Below, one piece after another: positions 37,634 to 46,826 of a DNA stretch of 62,891 nucleotides. Below the pieces are notes generated by a model that was given only the letters and a program-made list of their open reading frames with translations, searched no databases and had not been told where the DNA came from. Made by a program: the position numbers and the translations under genes. Position 1 is the stretch's first letter; the number at the start of each line of letters is the position of its first letter. Source of the stretch: Candidatus Woesearchaeota archaeon (lineage in GTDB: Archaea; Nanobdellota; Nanobdellia; Woesearchaeales; GW2011-AR9). The DNA is taken from positions 1 to 62,891 of the forward strand of contig JAHFSP010000004.1 of the NCBI GenBank assembly GCA_023265685.1, given 5' to 3'.

Positions 37634-38605
37634 CTAAAGTAAAGAAATTTGTGCAGAATTAGAAAAACTAGGTAGAGAAAGGGAAACTGGGCTAGCCGGT
37701 GGTGTATATTGGGGGGGAGCGACATCAGAAATATATGGTCCTTGTTGTCGCGGGCCGGCTAGCCCAATTCCCGTAACTATGTCTGTATTAACGAGTCTAA
37801 CACCCTCACTCCCTCGTTCGTATTGACGATGAATTAGCGCAATTTGTTTTTCAGGAACTACATATTGGTCATTAGGTAGATCTGGAATATGTGAAAAGTA
37901 TGCATCTTCTGCGAAACCGTGTTCTCCCCATCGTGTTACTCGAGGAACGCCTAATGTATTTTGGAATAAGTTATATCCATATGCAGTGAGTTTGATTTGA
38001 CAGACATCAACGTTGACATGACTCTTGCCAATTTTACCGCTGTATGCTCGAGCGATAAGAGCAGCAGTGAGTGTTTTGGTACCTATTTCACCCAATTCTT
38101 CAAGACTAAGTGGACTAGTTCTTCCATACATGAAAAAGTCAGGGGGAATAAGTTCTGGGAGTTCTTGACGTACATTTCGTATATACTTACCGTCATTACC
38201 AAACTGTTGAATACGGGCGGTAGCTCGTTTTCCATCTACATCAACATGAGCATAACCCCCATCTTTACTCGTTCTCTCAATCAAAAATCTAGCAAAGGTT
38301 TCGTAGTCAGGTGTTGGTGTAAATTGAGGTTCCACTAAATCAGTAATAGCTTCCCCACTACGTAAAAGTTGAATAAGATTTTCGCCATCTACTGCAACCA
38401 TAGCCCCAACTAACCCTTTTATCGAATGATTTTCTTCGCCAGCTAGTAATATAGCACCTTTGCTTGGGACAAAATGACCTTCTTGGATAAATGGGAGACA
38501 GTGAGCTAGATTATACTGAGTGTTTAATCGCACTAGATTTCTAAAAGTACGAGAGGGGGACATTCCCTCAAACTCTACTGCTACCAAATCACCTATCTCA
38601 CCCAT
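37634..38605 (-). CDS. Hypothetical protein, possible divergent diadenylate-cyclase-like fold
   Basis: GAILL, KDGGYAHV and IGTKTLTAALIA loosely parallel the DAC DGA and GTRHRAA motifs. Confidence 0.5.
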   Translation of the reverse strand: MGEIGDLVAVEFEGMSPSRTFRNLVRLNTQYNLAHCLPFIQEGHFVPSKGAILLAGEENHSIKGLVGAMVAVDGENLIQLLRSGEAITDLVEPQFTPTPDYETFARFLIERTSKDGGYAHVDVDGKRATARIQQFGNDGKYIRNVRQELPELIPPDFFMYGRTSPLSLEELGEIGTKTLTAALIARAYSGKIGKSHVNVDVCQIKLTAYGYNLFQNTLGVPRVTRWGEHGFAEDAYFSHIPDLPNDQYVVPEKQIALIHRQYERGSEGVRLVNTDIVTGIGLAGPRQQGPYISDVAPPQYTPPASPVSLSLPSFSNSAQISLL

Positions 38606-38713
38606 GATCAACTAGTATACAAATACCTATATTTATTCTTATCGGTTAGATTTTTTTATAATTATCCTAAAAATACGAAAAATTTATTAATAAATAAAAA
38701 AATATTATTGAAA

Positions 38714-39721
38714 ATGGCTAAAGTTGATAACACTTTGATGTACTTACTTACCGAGAACGCACGAATGAGTCTTAAAGAGTTGGCACAAGAACTGCGTAAA
38801 AGCCCTCAAAGATTGAAGTACTCTATCTCTATTTTACAGAAAGAAAATTATTTACTCGAACCATACAGCGTGATTGATTATTCTTACTTTGGTTTGCTAT
38901 TGTTTCGGGTTTATTTTAAAGGAGCATATGTGAGTGAAGCCGAAAAGACCAAAATTGTGGAGGAACTTAAGAGTAACCCGTTTATTGTGTCTGTTTATGA
39001 GCTTACGGGAGAATATGATTTGATCGCGGAGTTTGCTTCTCCTAACCCCTCTAAATTTAACAAGGAACTTAAGAAACTCACTAGGCAAATACCTACGTTG
39101 GATAACTACAAAATCTTACTTAACCTGGTTAGCCACCTTTCTCCAAAACATTACTTGACTAAAGATGAACGACTTCAAAACATCCATACAGAACGAATCG
39201 TGGGGGGCGATAGACCGCGCGAGGAGTTTGCGGCTAAAGAACTTGATGTAATGAGAGAACTTGTCCTTAAACCTACCATTCGGCTTACAGAGCTTTCCAA
39301 GAAGTCAGGATTGAATGTTAAAACTGCCAAATCAGTGGTGATTTCGTTGATGAAACGTAATATCCTTAAGGGATTTCGGTATGCAGTTAACTTTGAGAAG
39401 TTGGGTATAGCTAAGGCGCGGTTGTTTCTGCGGCTGCATAATCTTAGCCCAGAAAGAGAGGCACAATTGATGGAATATCTGCTACGCTGTGAGAATGTGG
39501 TAATGGTCCATAAAACAGTAGGAGATTGGGATTTAGAGATTGATGTGGAATCGTTTGATAAGAACAATACACGCATTATTCTGACTAAATTGCGCGAGGA
39601 TTTTAAAGATCTTATTGAGAGGTCAACCGTGATGGAATTTTATAGTTATTACAAACATTCCTACCTTCCCATGAACGTGTTTGAAGATCAGAGCCTGAGT
39701 ATTATTGGAACTATAGGGTAA
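38714..39721 (+). CDS. Tandem (double) Lrp/AsnC-family transcriptional regulator
   Basis: Two HTH-AsnC repeats (ENARMSLKELA; KPTIRLTELS) with VYELTGEYDL and HKTVGDWDLEI. Confidence 0.88.
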   Translation: MAKVDNTLMYLLTENARMSLKELAQELRKSPQRLKYSISILQKENYLLEPYSVIDYSYFGLLLFRVYFKGAYVSEAEKTKIVEELKSNPFIVSVYELTGEYDLIAEFASPNPSKFNKELKKLTRQIPTLDNYKILLNLVSHLSPKHYLTKDERLQNIHTERIVGGDRPREEFAAKELDVMRELVLKPTIRLTELSKKSGLNVKTAKSVVISLMKRNILKGFRYAVNFEKLGIAKARLFLRLHNLSPEREAQLMEYLLRCENVVMVHKTVGDWDLEIDVESFDKNNTRIILTKLREDFKDLIERSTVMEFYSYYKHSYLPMNVFEDQSLSIIGTIG

Positions 39722-39742
39722 AATTAACGATAATATTTGAAA

Positions 39743-40062
39743 ATGGCTCTTTAACAAGAAGACGGGATTACTTTAGAAGGTTATTATTGGAATCGTTGTG
39801 ATCATTTTTCTTGCTGCTGGCACGTTATTGTACCTAGGGCATGGCTTACAGGATGTGAGTTATCAGAGCTTGAATTCAAATTGATAGGAGTGTTGGGCTG
39901 CGTTCTTTTACACTTGAGGCAGAATTGACGTTACATAACCCCCCTGACCTTTCTGTACCTGTGCGAGAAGTGACTTATGATATTATTGAGAAAGGAAGTG
40001 GCGAGATTAAACATTATCTGATAAAGGCTACACCCCCAAAATTAGGTGCACTCTTGGACTAA
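39743..40062 (+). pseudogene. Disrupted TM + LEA_2/WHy-like protein gene
   Basis: Fragments across three frames: ATG at 39743, TM helix VIIGIVVIIFLAAGTLLYLG after an in-frame TAG at 39774, then FTLEAELTLHNPPDLSVPVREVTYDII ending TAA at 40060-40062. Confidence 0.55.
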
Positions 40063-40104
40063 GAGAAACAATTTTTGAAGAATGAATGAAAAAAGATAAA
40101 ATAT

Positions 40105-40356
40105 TTATTTCATGCTATCTTCAAAATCTTGAGCACAGGTGCGTGAGCAAAATGAGTAAGGTTCCCCTTCAATTTCTTTATTGACTCTTTTTTCTTCAGA
40201 GATGGATGCACCACATTCAGCACATTCTTTAGCTTCTTCTTCATCAAGGTAGCCACGCATAAATCCATCTTCTTGAGATGAAATTTCATCTTCTTCTACG
40301 CTTACTTCTTCTTCGTTAACTTCATCTGATTCTGAGTCATATTCATTATCTTTCAT
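40105..40356 (-). CDS. Small acidic protein with TRASH/YHS-like Cys motif
   Basis: CAECG...YSFCSRTC. Confidence 0.75.
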   Translation of the reverse strand: MKDNEYDSESDEVNEEEVSVEEDEISSQEDGFMRGYLDEEEAKECAECGASISEEKRVNKEIEGEPYSFCSRTCAQDFEDSMK

Positions 40357-40484
40357 GGGTATATTCCTCTTGTGATCTCTTTTTAAGCTTTTTCCTTATG
40401 GTATATATACATCTGCCTGATTTGAGAGTTGTTAGGCCTGTCTTAAATTGATTTCCCTTTCTAAGAGCAACAACCTGAGAGCTA

Positions 40485-41633
40485 TTAATTAGGATTGTAG
40501 TATGCTTCTTTAATGAGGCGTTTGATCCTATTGATGGATCGCTCCCAAGAATAAGAATAGACAATAGTACGCCGGGCGTTATTTCCTAAATAAGCTCGAG
40601 TGTTTGGTTGGGTGCGTAATTTTTCTAATTTTGCGGCTAAAAATGTTGAATTTGATGCAGGGAAAAAAACGCCATTATGGTCTTTGTTAATGTAATGAGC
40701 TATGAACCCAACCTTTGTTGCGAGAACGGGAAGACCGACAGACATGGCTTCAAGAGTTGCAAGAGATGTTGTTTCGGTAAGAGAAGGCATCACAAATATA
40801 TCCATGGCTTGTAGATAATCTTGTACGTTAGAAACGAAACCGGTCACCACGCAATTGGCGGGAAATTCTAAAAGTCTTTTTTGATGTAAAGAGCCATCGC
40901 CTACCAGAAGTAAGACTAATTCTTCAGGTTGATTTAATTTTGAAAAAGCATCTAGAAGAATTTCAATGTTTTTCTCACTTGAGATTCTCCCTACGTATCC
41001 CACTACAAATTTCGTTGGATCGATGCCTACTTTCTTTTTTGCTGCGATTTTGTCAATAACTGGTTTGAACCTAACAATATCAATTCCTAATTTAGCAATG
41101 TACATTGGTGTTCTAACTCCTTTAGAGTTATACACGACTTGAAGATCTTTATAGGGGATAAGAAGACGGTGGGCACGATTATAACATAGAACAGAAATAC
41201 GAAGGAAAAAAAAACGTACTAGAGGTTGAAGGACTTTGGAGAAAAATGTAGGGAAGGCTTCCCAAGGGATTACATGAGTATACACTACGCATTTTTTGTC
41301 ATATTTGTGAGCATACCAAATAGCAAAATAACTTATCAACCCAGGTCCTTGTACAAAAACACATTCAGTATTTTGTATTGCTTGTTTAAGGAGCCGGAAA
41401 TTGTGTGTTGAGAATTGGAGATTTGGATATCCTGAGAGGGAAAAAATACGAGAGGGACGAAGAAAAGTTACGGGATACGTTGATGCTGGTCGTGTGCCAA
41501 GATCAGGAACAAGTAGTGAGATAGAGAATTCTTCATGAGCACGACGCATGAATTCTTCTATGAAGCGTAACGTGCCATCTACTTTAGGATAATAGGTGTC
41601 AGCAACGATAAGGAGCTTTGGTTTGGAGATCAT
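40485..41633 (-). CDS. Glycosyltransferase family 4
   Basis: ADTYYPKVDG, YVGRISSEKN, FVMPSLTETTSLATLEAMSVG. Confidence 0.92.
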   Translation of the reverse strand: MISKPKLLIVADTYYPKVDGTLRFIEEFMRRAHEEFSISLLVPDLGTRPASTYPVTFLRPSRIFSLSGYPNLQFSTHNFRLLKQAIQNTECVFVQGPGLISYFAIWYAHKYDKKCVVYTHVIPWEAFPTFFSKVLQPLVRFFFLRISVLCYNRAHRLLIPYKDLQVVYNSKGVRTPMYIAKLGIDIVRFKPVIDKIAAKKKVGIDPTKFVVGYVGRISSEKNIEILLDAFSKLNQPEELVLLLVGDGSLHQKRLLEFPANCVVTGFVSNVQDYLQAMDIFVMPSLTETTSLATLEAMSVGLPVLATKVGFIAHYINKDHNGVFFPASNSTFLAAKLEKLRTQPNTRAYLGNNARRTIVYSYSWERSINRIKRLIKEAYYNPN

Positions 41634-41701
41634 GGTAGCTTGAGATTTTTGGTCAGTAAGTGATGGGGTTGTTGGTGAGGATTTTTAGATTAACGAATTC
41701 A

Positions 41702-42352
41702 TTAACGAATTCGAAAAAAGTGTTCGCCAAAACGTTTGCTAATCTTGAATCCGTCTTTGATAGCACGGTAGAGTAATAAGATGAATGGATAGGCGACATG
41801 TAATTTTTGTGAACGAAATGTTTTGAGTGCAGCGAGTTTGGTTTTAAATGTAGATGAGATGTCAACATATAATGAAGGGTAGCGAGTCTGTAATGAGATT
41901 GGATTCCAAATAGAATAAATGTAGAGTTCAGGTTTGGTTGGGAAGGAACATTTTTCCCATACTTCCAGGGTAATAGCGTAGACCGACTTATGATCTGGAT
42001 GAGGATCTTCAGGGCTATGGGTGAAGATTTTGGTGGGTTTTTCTTTTTCAATGAGTTGAAGAAGTTGAGTGTCTATTTGTTTGTCTTTATATTCTTCAAG
42101 AAATTTAAATTCTTTGAGATCATAGATTATAGTTTGACTTTTAAGAATTTTACAGGCCTCGAGCGTTTCTTTAGTACGAATTTTTTGAATTATTCCTTCC
42201 TTAAGCCAGGGATGAGATTTTTCTCCATATGAAAAAACAATAGCAATTACTTTTTTTCCTTGTTGAGTATATTGTTTAATGGTGCCACCAGCACCAATAA
42301 CAAAATCATCTGAATGGGCACTACAAACAAGAATTGTTTCTACTTTTTTCAT
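41702..42352 (-). CDS. PIG-L/LmbE-family N-acetylglucosaminyl deacetylase
   Basis: SAHSDDFVIGAGGTI, HPDH, KLAALKTFRSQ; start at the ATG at 42352. Confidence 0.9.
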   Translation of the reverse strand: MKKVETILVCSAHSDDFVIGAGGTIKQYTQQGKKVIAIVFSYGEKSHPWLKEGIIQKIRTKETLEACKILKSQTIIYDLKEFKFLEEYKDKQIDTQLLQLIEKEKPTKIFTHSPEDPHPDHKSVYAITLEVWEKCSFPTKPELYIYSIWNPISLQTRYPSLYVDISSTFKTKLAALKTFRSQKLHVAYPFILLLYRAIKDGFKISKRFGEHFFRIR

Positions 42353-42393
42353 TGTAGGTAGAAAAGAAAATGAGATATAAGAAGGTTTGGATT

Positions 42394-42999
42394 CTATCTG
42401 AGGTATTGGGCTTCTAATGCTTTTGCAGTACGAGACGCTTTTGCTTTTGACATAAACCCTACATTCATAGTACCTTGCATACATTGATAACCCTCATTTG
42501 TGTTGGTGAAGTTAGCACCTATTGCTACAAAGAATTGGCCATGATCCATTTCACGCAATGAAACAACACCGAGATGATCACCATTGGGAAATATTTCTGT
42601 AATATCAGAACATTCTCTCCCTGATTGGTTAGTTCTTTCTAGGTTAGGTCCTTTTGATTGACTAAGTGCAATACGGGGTGGGGCTAAATTAGTTCGTAAA
42701 TCATGGATTGCCATGTACAATGGATTTATGTTTCTTGCAGATGCTTGAGGACCTTGAAGAAAAACAGCATATCCACCACTGATACTCATTCGACTCGCAT
42801 CTTGGCGAGGGTCTAATTCAAGATATAAGGTTAATGTAGTCTCGCGATTAATTACATTGTAGATAACACTTCCTGCTTTTACGTGATTTGAGACTAAAAT
42901 AGTATAATCTTGAGCATCAGGAAAATCGGGACCATTGAGATCATCAGCCCGTAGAAAATCTTGAAGTACACCGTTAACATTTGAAAGCAGGTGAGTCAT
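42394..42999 (-). CDS. Hypothetical protein
   Basis: 201-aa ORF, no motif recognised. Confidence 0.55.
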   Translation of the reverse strand: MTHLLSNVNGVLQDFLRADDLNGPDFPDAQDYTILVSNHVKAGSVIYNVINRETTLTLYLELDPRQDASRMSISGGYAVFLQGPQASARNINPLYMAIHDLRTNLAPPRIALSQSKGPNLERTNQSGRECSDITEIFPNGDHLGVVSLREMDHGQFFVAIGANFTNTNEGYQCMQGTMNVGFMSKAKASRTAKALEAQYLR

Positions 43000-43131
43000 A
43001 TGTAATCTTGTGGACTTGTATGTAGTGGTATATAAAGTCTATGGATCTAATTGAGAGCTATTTTTTTGTTCTTGACTACTGATGATTGACCATGATTAAA
43101 TTTAAAAACACATCAACAATGGAAGAATACT

Positions 43132-45336
43132 ATGAAAATACTCACTATTCATGCGGACTATATCGAATTTGAAGCAAAAAAGAAGGCATTTGCCAAAGCG
43201 GAAGAAGGAATTAAAGAGGGTAAACAACGCGTCGAAGAATGTCTTGTTGTGTTTAGTGCTGTTGAGAAGCGCGATGAAGTTGACCTTGCTGGAGTTGAAG
43301 CACGCTATTGTAAAGAAGTTGAGGATATTGCTGGGCAGGTTAAGGCTTCCAAGATAGTGTTATATCCCTATGCGCATCTTAGTAATGCGCTTGCTGCTCC
43401 TCAATTTGCAGAAGAATTTTTGAAAAAAGTAGAGAAGATGTTGAGTGGGAAATATAAAGTATTTCGAGCGCCGTTTGGATGGTATAAATCATTTACTGTA
43501 TCTTGTAAGGGACATCCTCTTTCAGAATTAAGTCGCGAGTTTGGACCAGAGAGTAAAGAAGAAAAGAAAAGTGAGACTGCTGGGTTGAAGCGTGAAGCGA
43601 AAGATGAATCGTTTGTCATGGAAGAAAAAAAGTTGGGATCTGCAGAGAAGGTGAGACTTTCTGCTGCACTTCTTAGTGCGGCGGTGTTACGTCGATTGTA
43701 TCCTACTGCTAAAATGGGTGGATGTGGGTTTTATCAAGATCAAGCGTTTGTGGATATGTCTGGATTGAAGTTGAAGAATGAAGATTTGCCACGTATTGAA
43801 AAAGAAGTGGCGAAAGCAATTTCACAGGGAGCATCGTTTGCGAAAGTGGCGGTGAAAGAGGTTACTGGTACGCTTCAGCAGGAGATTGTACATGATCTGG
43901 GCACTAAGGCTAGCGGCTATAAACTCAATGATTTTACATTTACTTCTCAATATAAAGATCCTTTTGTGGGTTCTTTGAAGGAGATTGGCGCATTTAAGAT
44001 TGTTCATTTAGCGAGTGCGTATTGGAAGAATAATGCCAATAATGAACAGTTGACACGTTTGTATGTTGTGGCGTTTGGGTCAGTTGGCGAGATGGAGAAA
44101 TGGATGAAAGAGCGAGAAGATGCTGAGAATCGTTCACATTTGAAGATTGGTAAGGAAATGGGATTGTTCGTTGTTTCTGAGTTAGTAGGACCAGGTTTGC
44201 CATTGCTTGCACCCAGAGGGATGATTATTCGTCAGGAAATTATTAATTATTTATGGTCGTTACATAAGGATAAAGGCTATCAGCAAGTGTGGACTCCTCA
44301 TATTGCTCGTGATTTATTATATAAGACGTCAGGTCATTGGGATAAGTTTGGTGATGAGTTGTTTAAGGTTAAAGGTAAAGTTGATGATTTTGTTTTAAAA
44401 CCAATGAACTGCCCACACCATATGCAGATTTATGATGCATTTAATCATAGCTACAAAGACATGCCGGTGCGTTTCTTTGAGCCAGCAACAGTGTACCGTG
44501 ATGAGAAGTCCGGACAATTGACTGGTTTAAGTCGTGTTCGGGCCATTACACAAGATGATGGACACTTGTTTTGTCGTGTTTCACAGATCACCCAAGAGGT
44601 AGGAACTATTGTTGGTGTGATTAGTGAATTTTATCACACGTTGGGAATGGATACAGATTATTGGGTTTCATTGTCTGTGCGTGGCGAGGACAAATCAAAA
44701 TATTTAGGAACAGATGAAGTATGGAAGACGGCTGAGGCAGCTTTAGAGAAAGCCGCTAAGGAACACAAGTTGCCGTATAAGAAACGAGAAGGGGAAGCAG
44801 CATTCTACGGCCCTAAATTAGATTTTATGTTTAAAGATGCATTAGGCCGGGAGTGGCAACTCTCTACGATCCAGTGTGATTTTAATTTGCCTGAGCGGTT
44901 TAATTTATCGTATATGAATGAAGAAGGGAAGAAAGAGCGGCCTGTTGTTATTCATCGTGCAATTTCTGGATCTTTGGAACGGTTTATGTCTGTACTTATT
45001 GAGCATTTTGCAGGGAAGTTTCCTCTTTGGTTAAATCCTGTACAAGTGAAAGTTGTCACGGTCAATGATTCACATAAGGAGTTTGCTGCTTCTGTGGCTG
45101 GGTTACTGCGACGCCATGATCTACGTGTTGAAGTAGATGATCGTGTGGAGAGCATTGGCAAGAAGGTTCGTGACGCTCAGATGGAGAGAGTGAATTATAT
45201 CGTCACCGTTGGTGATAAAGAAGTTACTGGTGGCGTATTGGCAGTGCGAAGTCGTCGCGGTGAAGTTCGATTTGATGTGCCTGTTGATGCGTTTGTGAAA
45301 GAGCTGTGTAAAGAGAGGGATGAGAGAAGAGTTTGA
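43132..45336 (+). CDS. thrS: Threonine--tRNA ligase with archaeal editing domain plus degenerate bacterial-type editing domain
   Basis: LYPYAHLS and RAPFGWYK...CKGHPLSELSR (archaeal editing domain); SAYW...LTRLY (N2-like); KPMNCPHH, RDE..G.L.GLSRVR..TQDDGH, GEAAFYGPKLD, IHRAISGSLERF. Confidence 0.95.
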   Translation: MKILTIHADYIEFEAKKKAFAKAEEGIKEGKQRVEECLVVFSAVEKRDEVDLAGVEARYCKEVEDIAGQVKASKIVLYPYAHLSNALAAPQFAEEFLKKVEKMLSGKYKVFRAPFGWYKSFTVSCKGHPLSELSREFGPESKEEKKSETAGLKREAKDESFVMEEKKLGSAEKVRLSAALLSAAVLRRLYPTAKMGGCGFYQDQAFVDMSGLKLKNEDLPRIEKEVAKAISQGASFAKVAVKEVTGTLQQEIVHDLGTKASGYKLNDFTFTSQYKDPFVGSLKEIGAFKIVHLASAYWKNNANNEQLTRLYVVAFGSVGEMEKWMKEREDAENRSHLKIGKEMGLFVVSELVGPGLPLLAPRGMIIRQEIINYLWSLHKDKGYQQVWTPHIARDLLYKTSGHWDKFGDELFKVKGKVDDFVLKPMNCPHHMQIYDAFNHSYKDMPVRFFEPATVYRDEKSGQLTGLSRVRAITQDDGHLFCRVSQITQEVGTIVGVISEFYHTLGMDTDYWVSLSVRGEDKSKYLGTDEVWKTAEAALEKAAKEHKLPYKKREGEAAFYGPKLDFMFKDALGREWQLSTIQCDFNLPERFNLSYMNEEGKKERPVVIHRAISGSLERFMSVLIEHFAGKFPLWLNPVQVKVVTVNDSHKEFAASVAGLLRRHDLRVEVDDRVESIGKKVRDAQMERVNYIVTVGDKEVTGGVLAVRSRRGEVRFDVPVDAFVKELCKERDERRV

Positions 45337-45338
45337 CG

Positions 45339-45989
45339 TTATTTTTTTATTTTACTGACTACCATTGCTAATATAACTAAATGAAAGATTGCGCTACACA
45401 TTATTTCAAATAGTGTTAAATATCTTGTAACATAACCAGATATCTGAAAATCTTCTTGTAAACCGGTATGGAAACTATAAAACATGAGTGAGCTATAATA
45501 AGTATTTTTTGTTAGTTCTTTTCCATCGAGATTTTTGTCCAAGAGGGTTATATGTCCAAAAATAGTGAATAAAACAGCAAAAAAGAAGATAATTTGCAGG
45601 GCAGATCCAATATAAGTAATGATCATTGCGGAGAGATTATTCGAATTCAGAAAATGCTTTATACCATCAAATACTAAAAAAAACATAATTCCAATAAAAG
45701 AGATTGTCATTAATGGACTAGAAGCTTGCGATCCTATTGTTAATTTAACCATCGAAGACAAAAATATTCCTATCAATAAGATTATGTTGATTATAAACAA
45801 AAGCTGGAGTGGTTTAGGGTAAGAGGAGTAGTGGACAGACAGATTAAGAATCATAAAAAAAATACATAAAAAAAGAGTTGTAACTAAAACTAGTTCATAT
45901 TTAAAATAGTTTAAAATTGTAGAAATAAACAAACAAAGTAAGAAAATATAAAAACTCCAATTTTTAAAATAGTGAGGTATTATTTCCAT
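45339..45989 (-). CDS. Membrane protein, possible ion-channel-like domain
   Basis: Multiple TMs; YYSSLMFYSFHTG followed by a TM resembles a pore-loop region; very AT-rich. Confidence 0.55.
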   Translation of the reverse strand: MEIIPHYFKNWSFYIFLLCLFISTILNYFKYELVLVTTLFLCIFFMILNLSVHYSSYPKPLQLLFIINIILLIGIFLSSMVKLTIGSQASSPLMTISFIGIMFFLVFDGIKHFLNSNNLSAMIITYIGSALQIIFFFAVLFTIFGHITLLDKNLDGKELTKNTYYSSLMFYSFHTGLQEDFQISGYVTRYLTLFEIMCSAIFHLVILAMVVSKIKK

Positions 45990-45990
45990 C

Positions 45991-46542
45991 TTACACTAAC
46001 TCTCCTTTAAACCCAACTTTCTCGGGGACTTTTATGTCATCGATGGGGTCGTTGCCGATGACGAGGCAGTCGATGGAGAGGCGGTGGACTTTGATGAGCT
46101 GGCGCCAGAATCGGATGTCGGATTTGGGGTATCCTGCTTCTTCGGCACTGAAGATGAAGTCGACAGGGAGTTTGTAGCGTTTGATGTAGAGAAGGATGGT
46201 GCGGGTGAATGAATTAGAGACGATGCCGATTTTTTTTCCTGCGACAACTGCTTTGTTCATGCGGGCGATAATTTCTTTATTGGCAAGATCTGTGGTGGTA
46301 ATTTTTGGACCGAGAATATCATAGTATTCTTCAATGAGGTCAAAGTGTTTACATAGTTGGGCGGTGTCAAATCTTCCTTTTGAATTTTTACGTATACCGG
46401 CGTTGGTTGCTTCAAGTTCTATTTGGACTAAGGATAGTTCTTGTTTTTGTTGAATTGTGGACAAAACGTCATCGTAGATCTCATGATAAATAGAGGGATC
46501 GATGATTGTACCATCAAGATCAAAGAGATAGACATTTGTCAT
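45991..46542 (-). CDS. HAD-superfamily hydrolase
   Basis: LFDLDGTI, IVSN, K, IGNDPIDD. Confidence 0.9.
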   Translation of the reverse strand: MTNVYLFDLDGTIIDPSIYHEIYDDVLSTIQQKQELSLVQIELEATNAGIRKNSKGRFDTAQLCKHFDLIEEYYDILGPKITTTDLANKEIIARMNKAVVAGKKIGIVSNSFTRTILLYIKRYKLPVDFIFSAEEAGYPKSDIRFWRQLIKVHRLSIDCLVIGNDPIDDIKVPEKVGFKGELV

Positions 46543-46724
46543 AATAGAGAGATAATTTTCATCGTATAAAAAAGTTCGGTGTCTCTAAACAATAGAGAAA
46601 GATGGTTAAATATTGTGAAAAGTCTATTTCGAACAAGAGAATACAAATTAAAATATAAGAATGTCACGATACTTCTTCCATCAAGGTTAAATAAGAAACG
46701 CCTCTTAATTGGAGTATAATCCAT
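46539..46724 (-). CDS. Possible small ORF coupled to the HAD gene
   Basis: 4-bp stop/start overlap with the HAD gene; no motif. Confidence 0.25.
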   Translation of the reverse strand: MDYTPIKRRFLFNLDGRSIVTFLYFNLYSLVRNRLFTIFNHLSLLFRDTELFYTMKIISLL

Positions 46725-46826
46725 TGGGTTACGGATTTTTTTTTCATTGTCTAAATCTAAATTACTTTATAATCCTAAACTATTTTCAGGCTAAACTCTT
46801 TTATAGAAACCACTCATTAAAGACCC

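Noticed and set aside
42353-42484. Extended N-terminus of the PIG-L ORF
   Set aside because: It overlaps the upstream ORF; the family motif starts right after the ATG at 42352.
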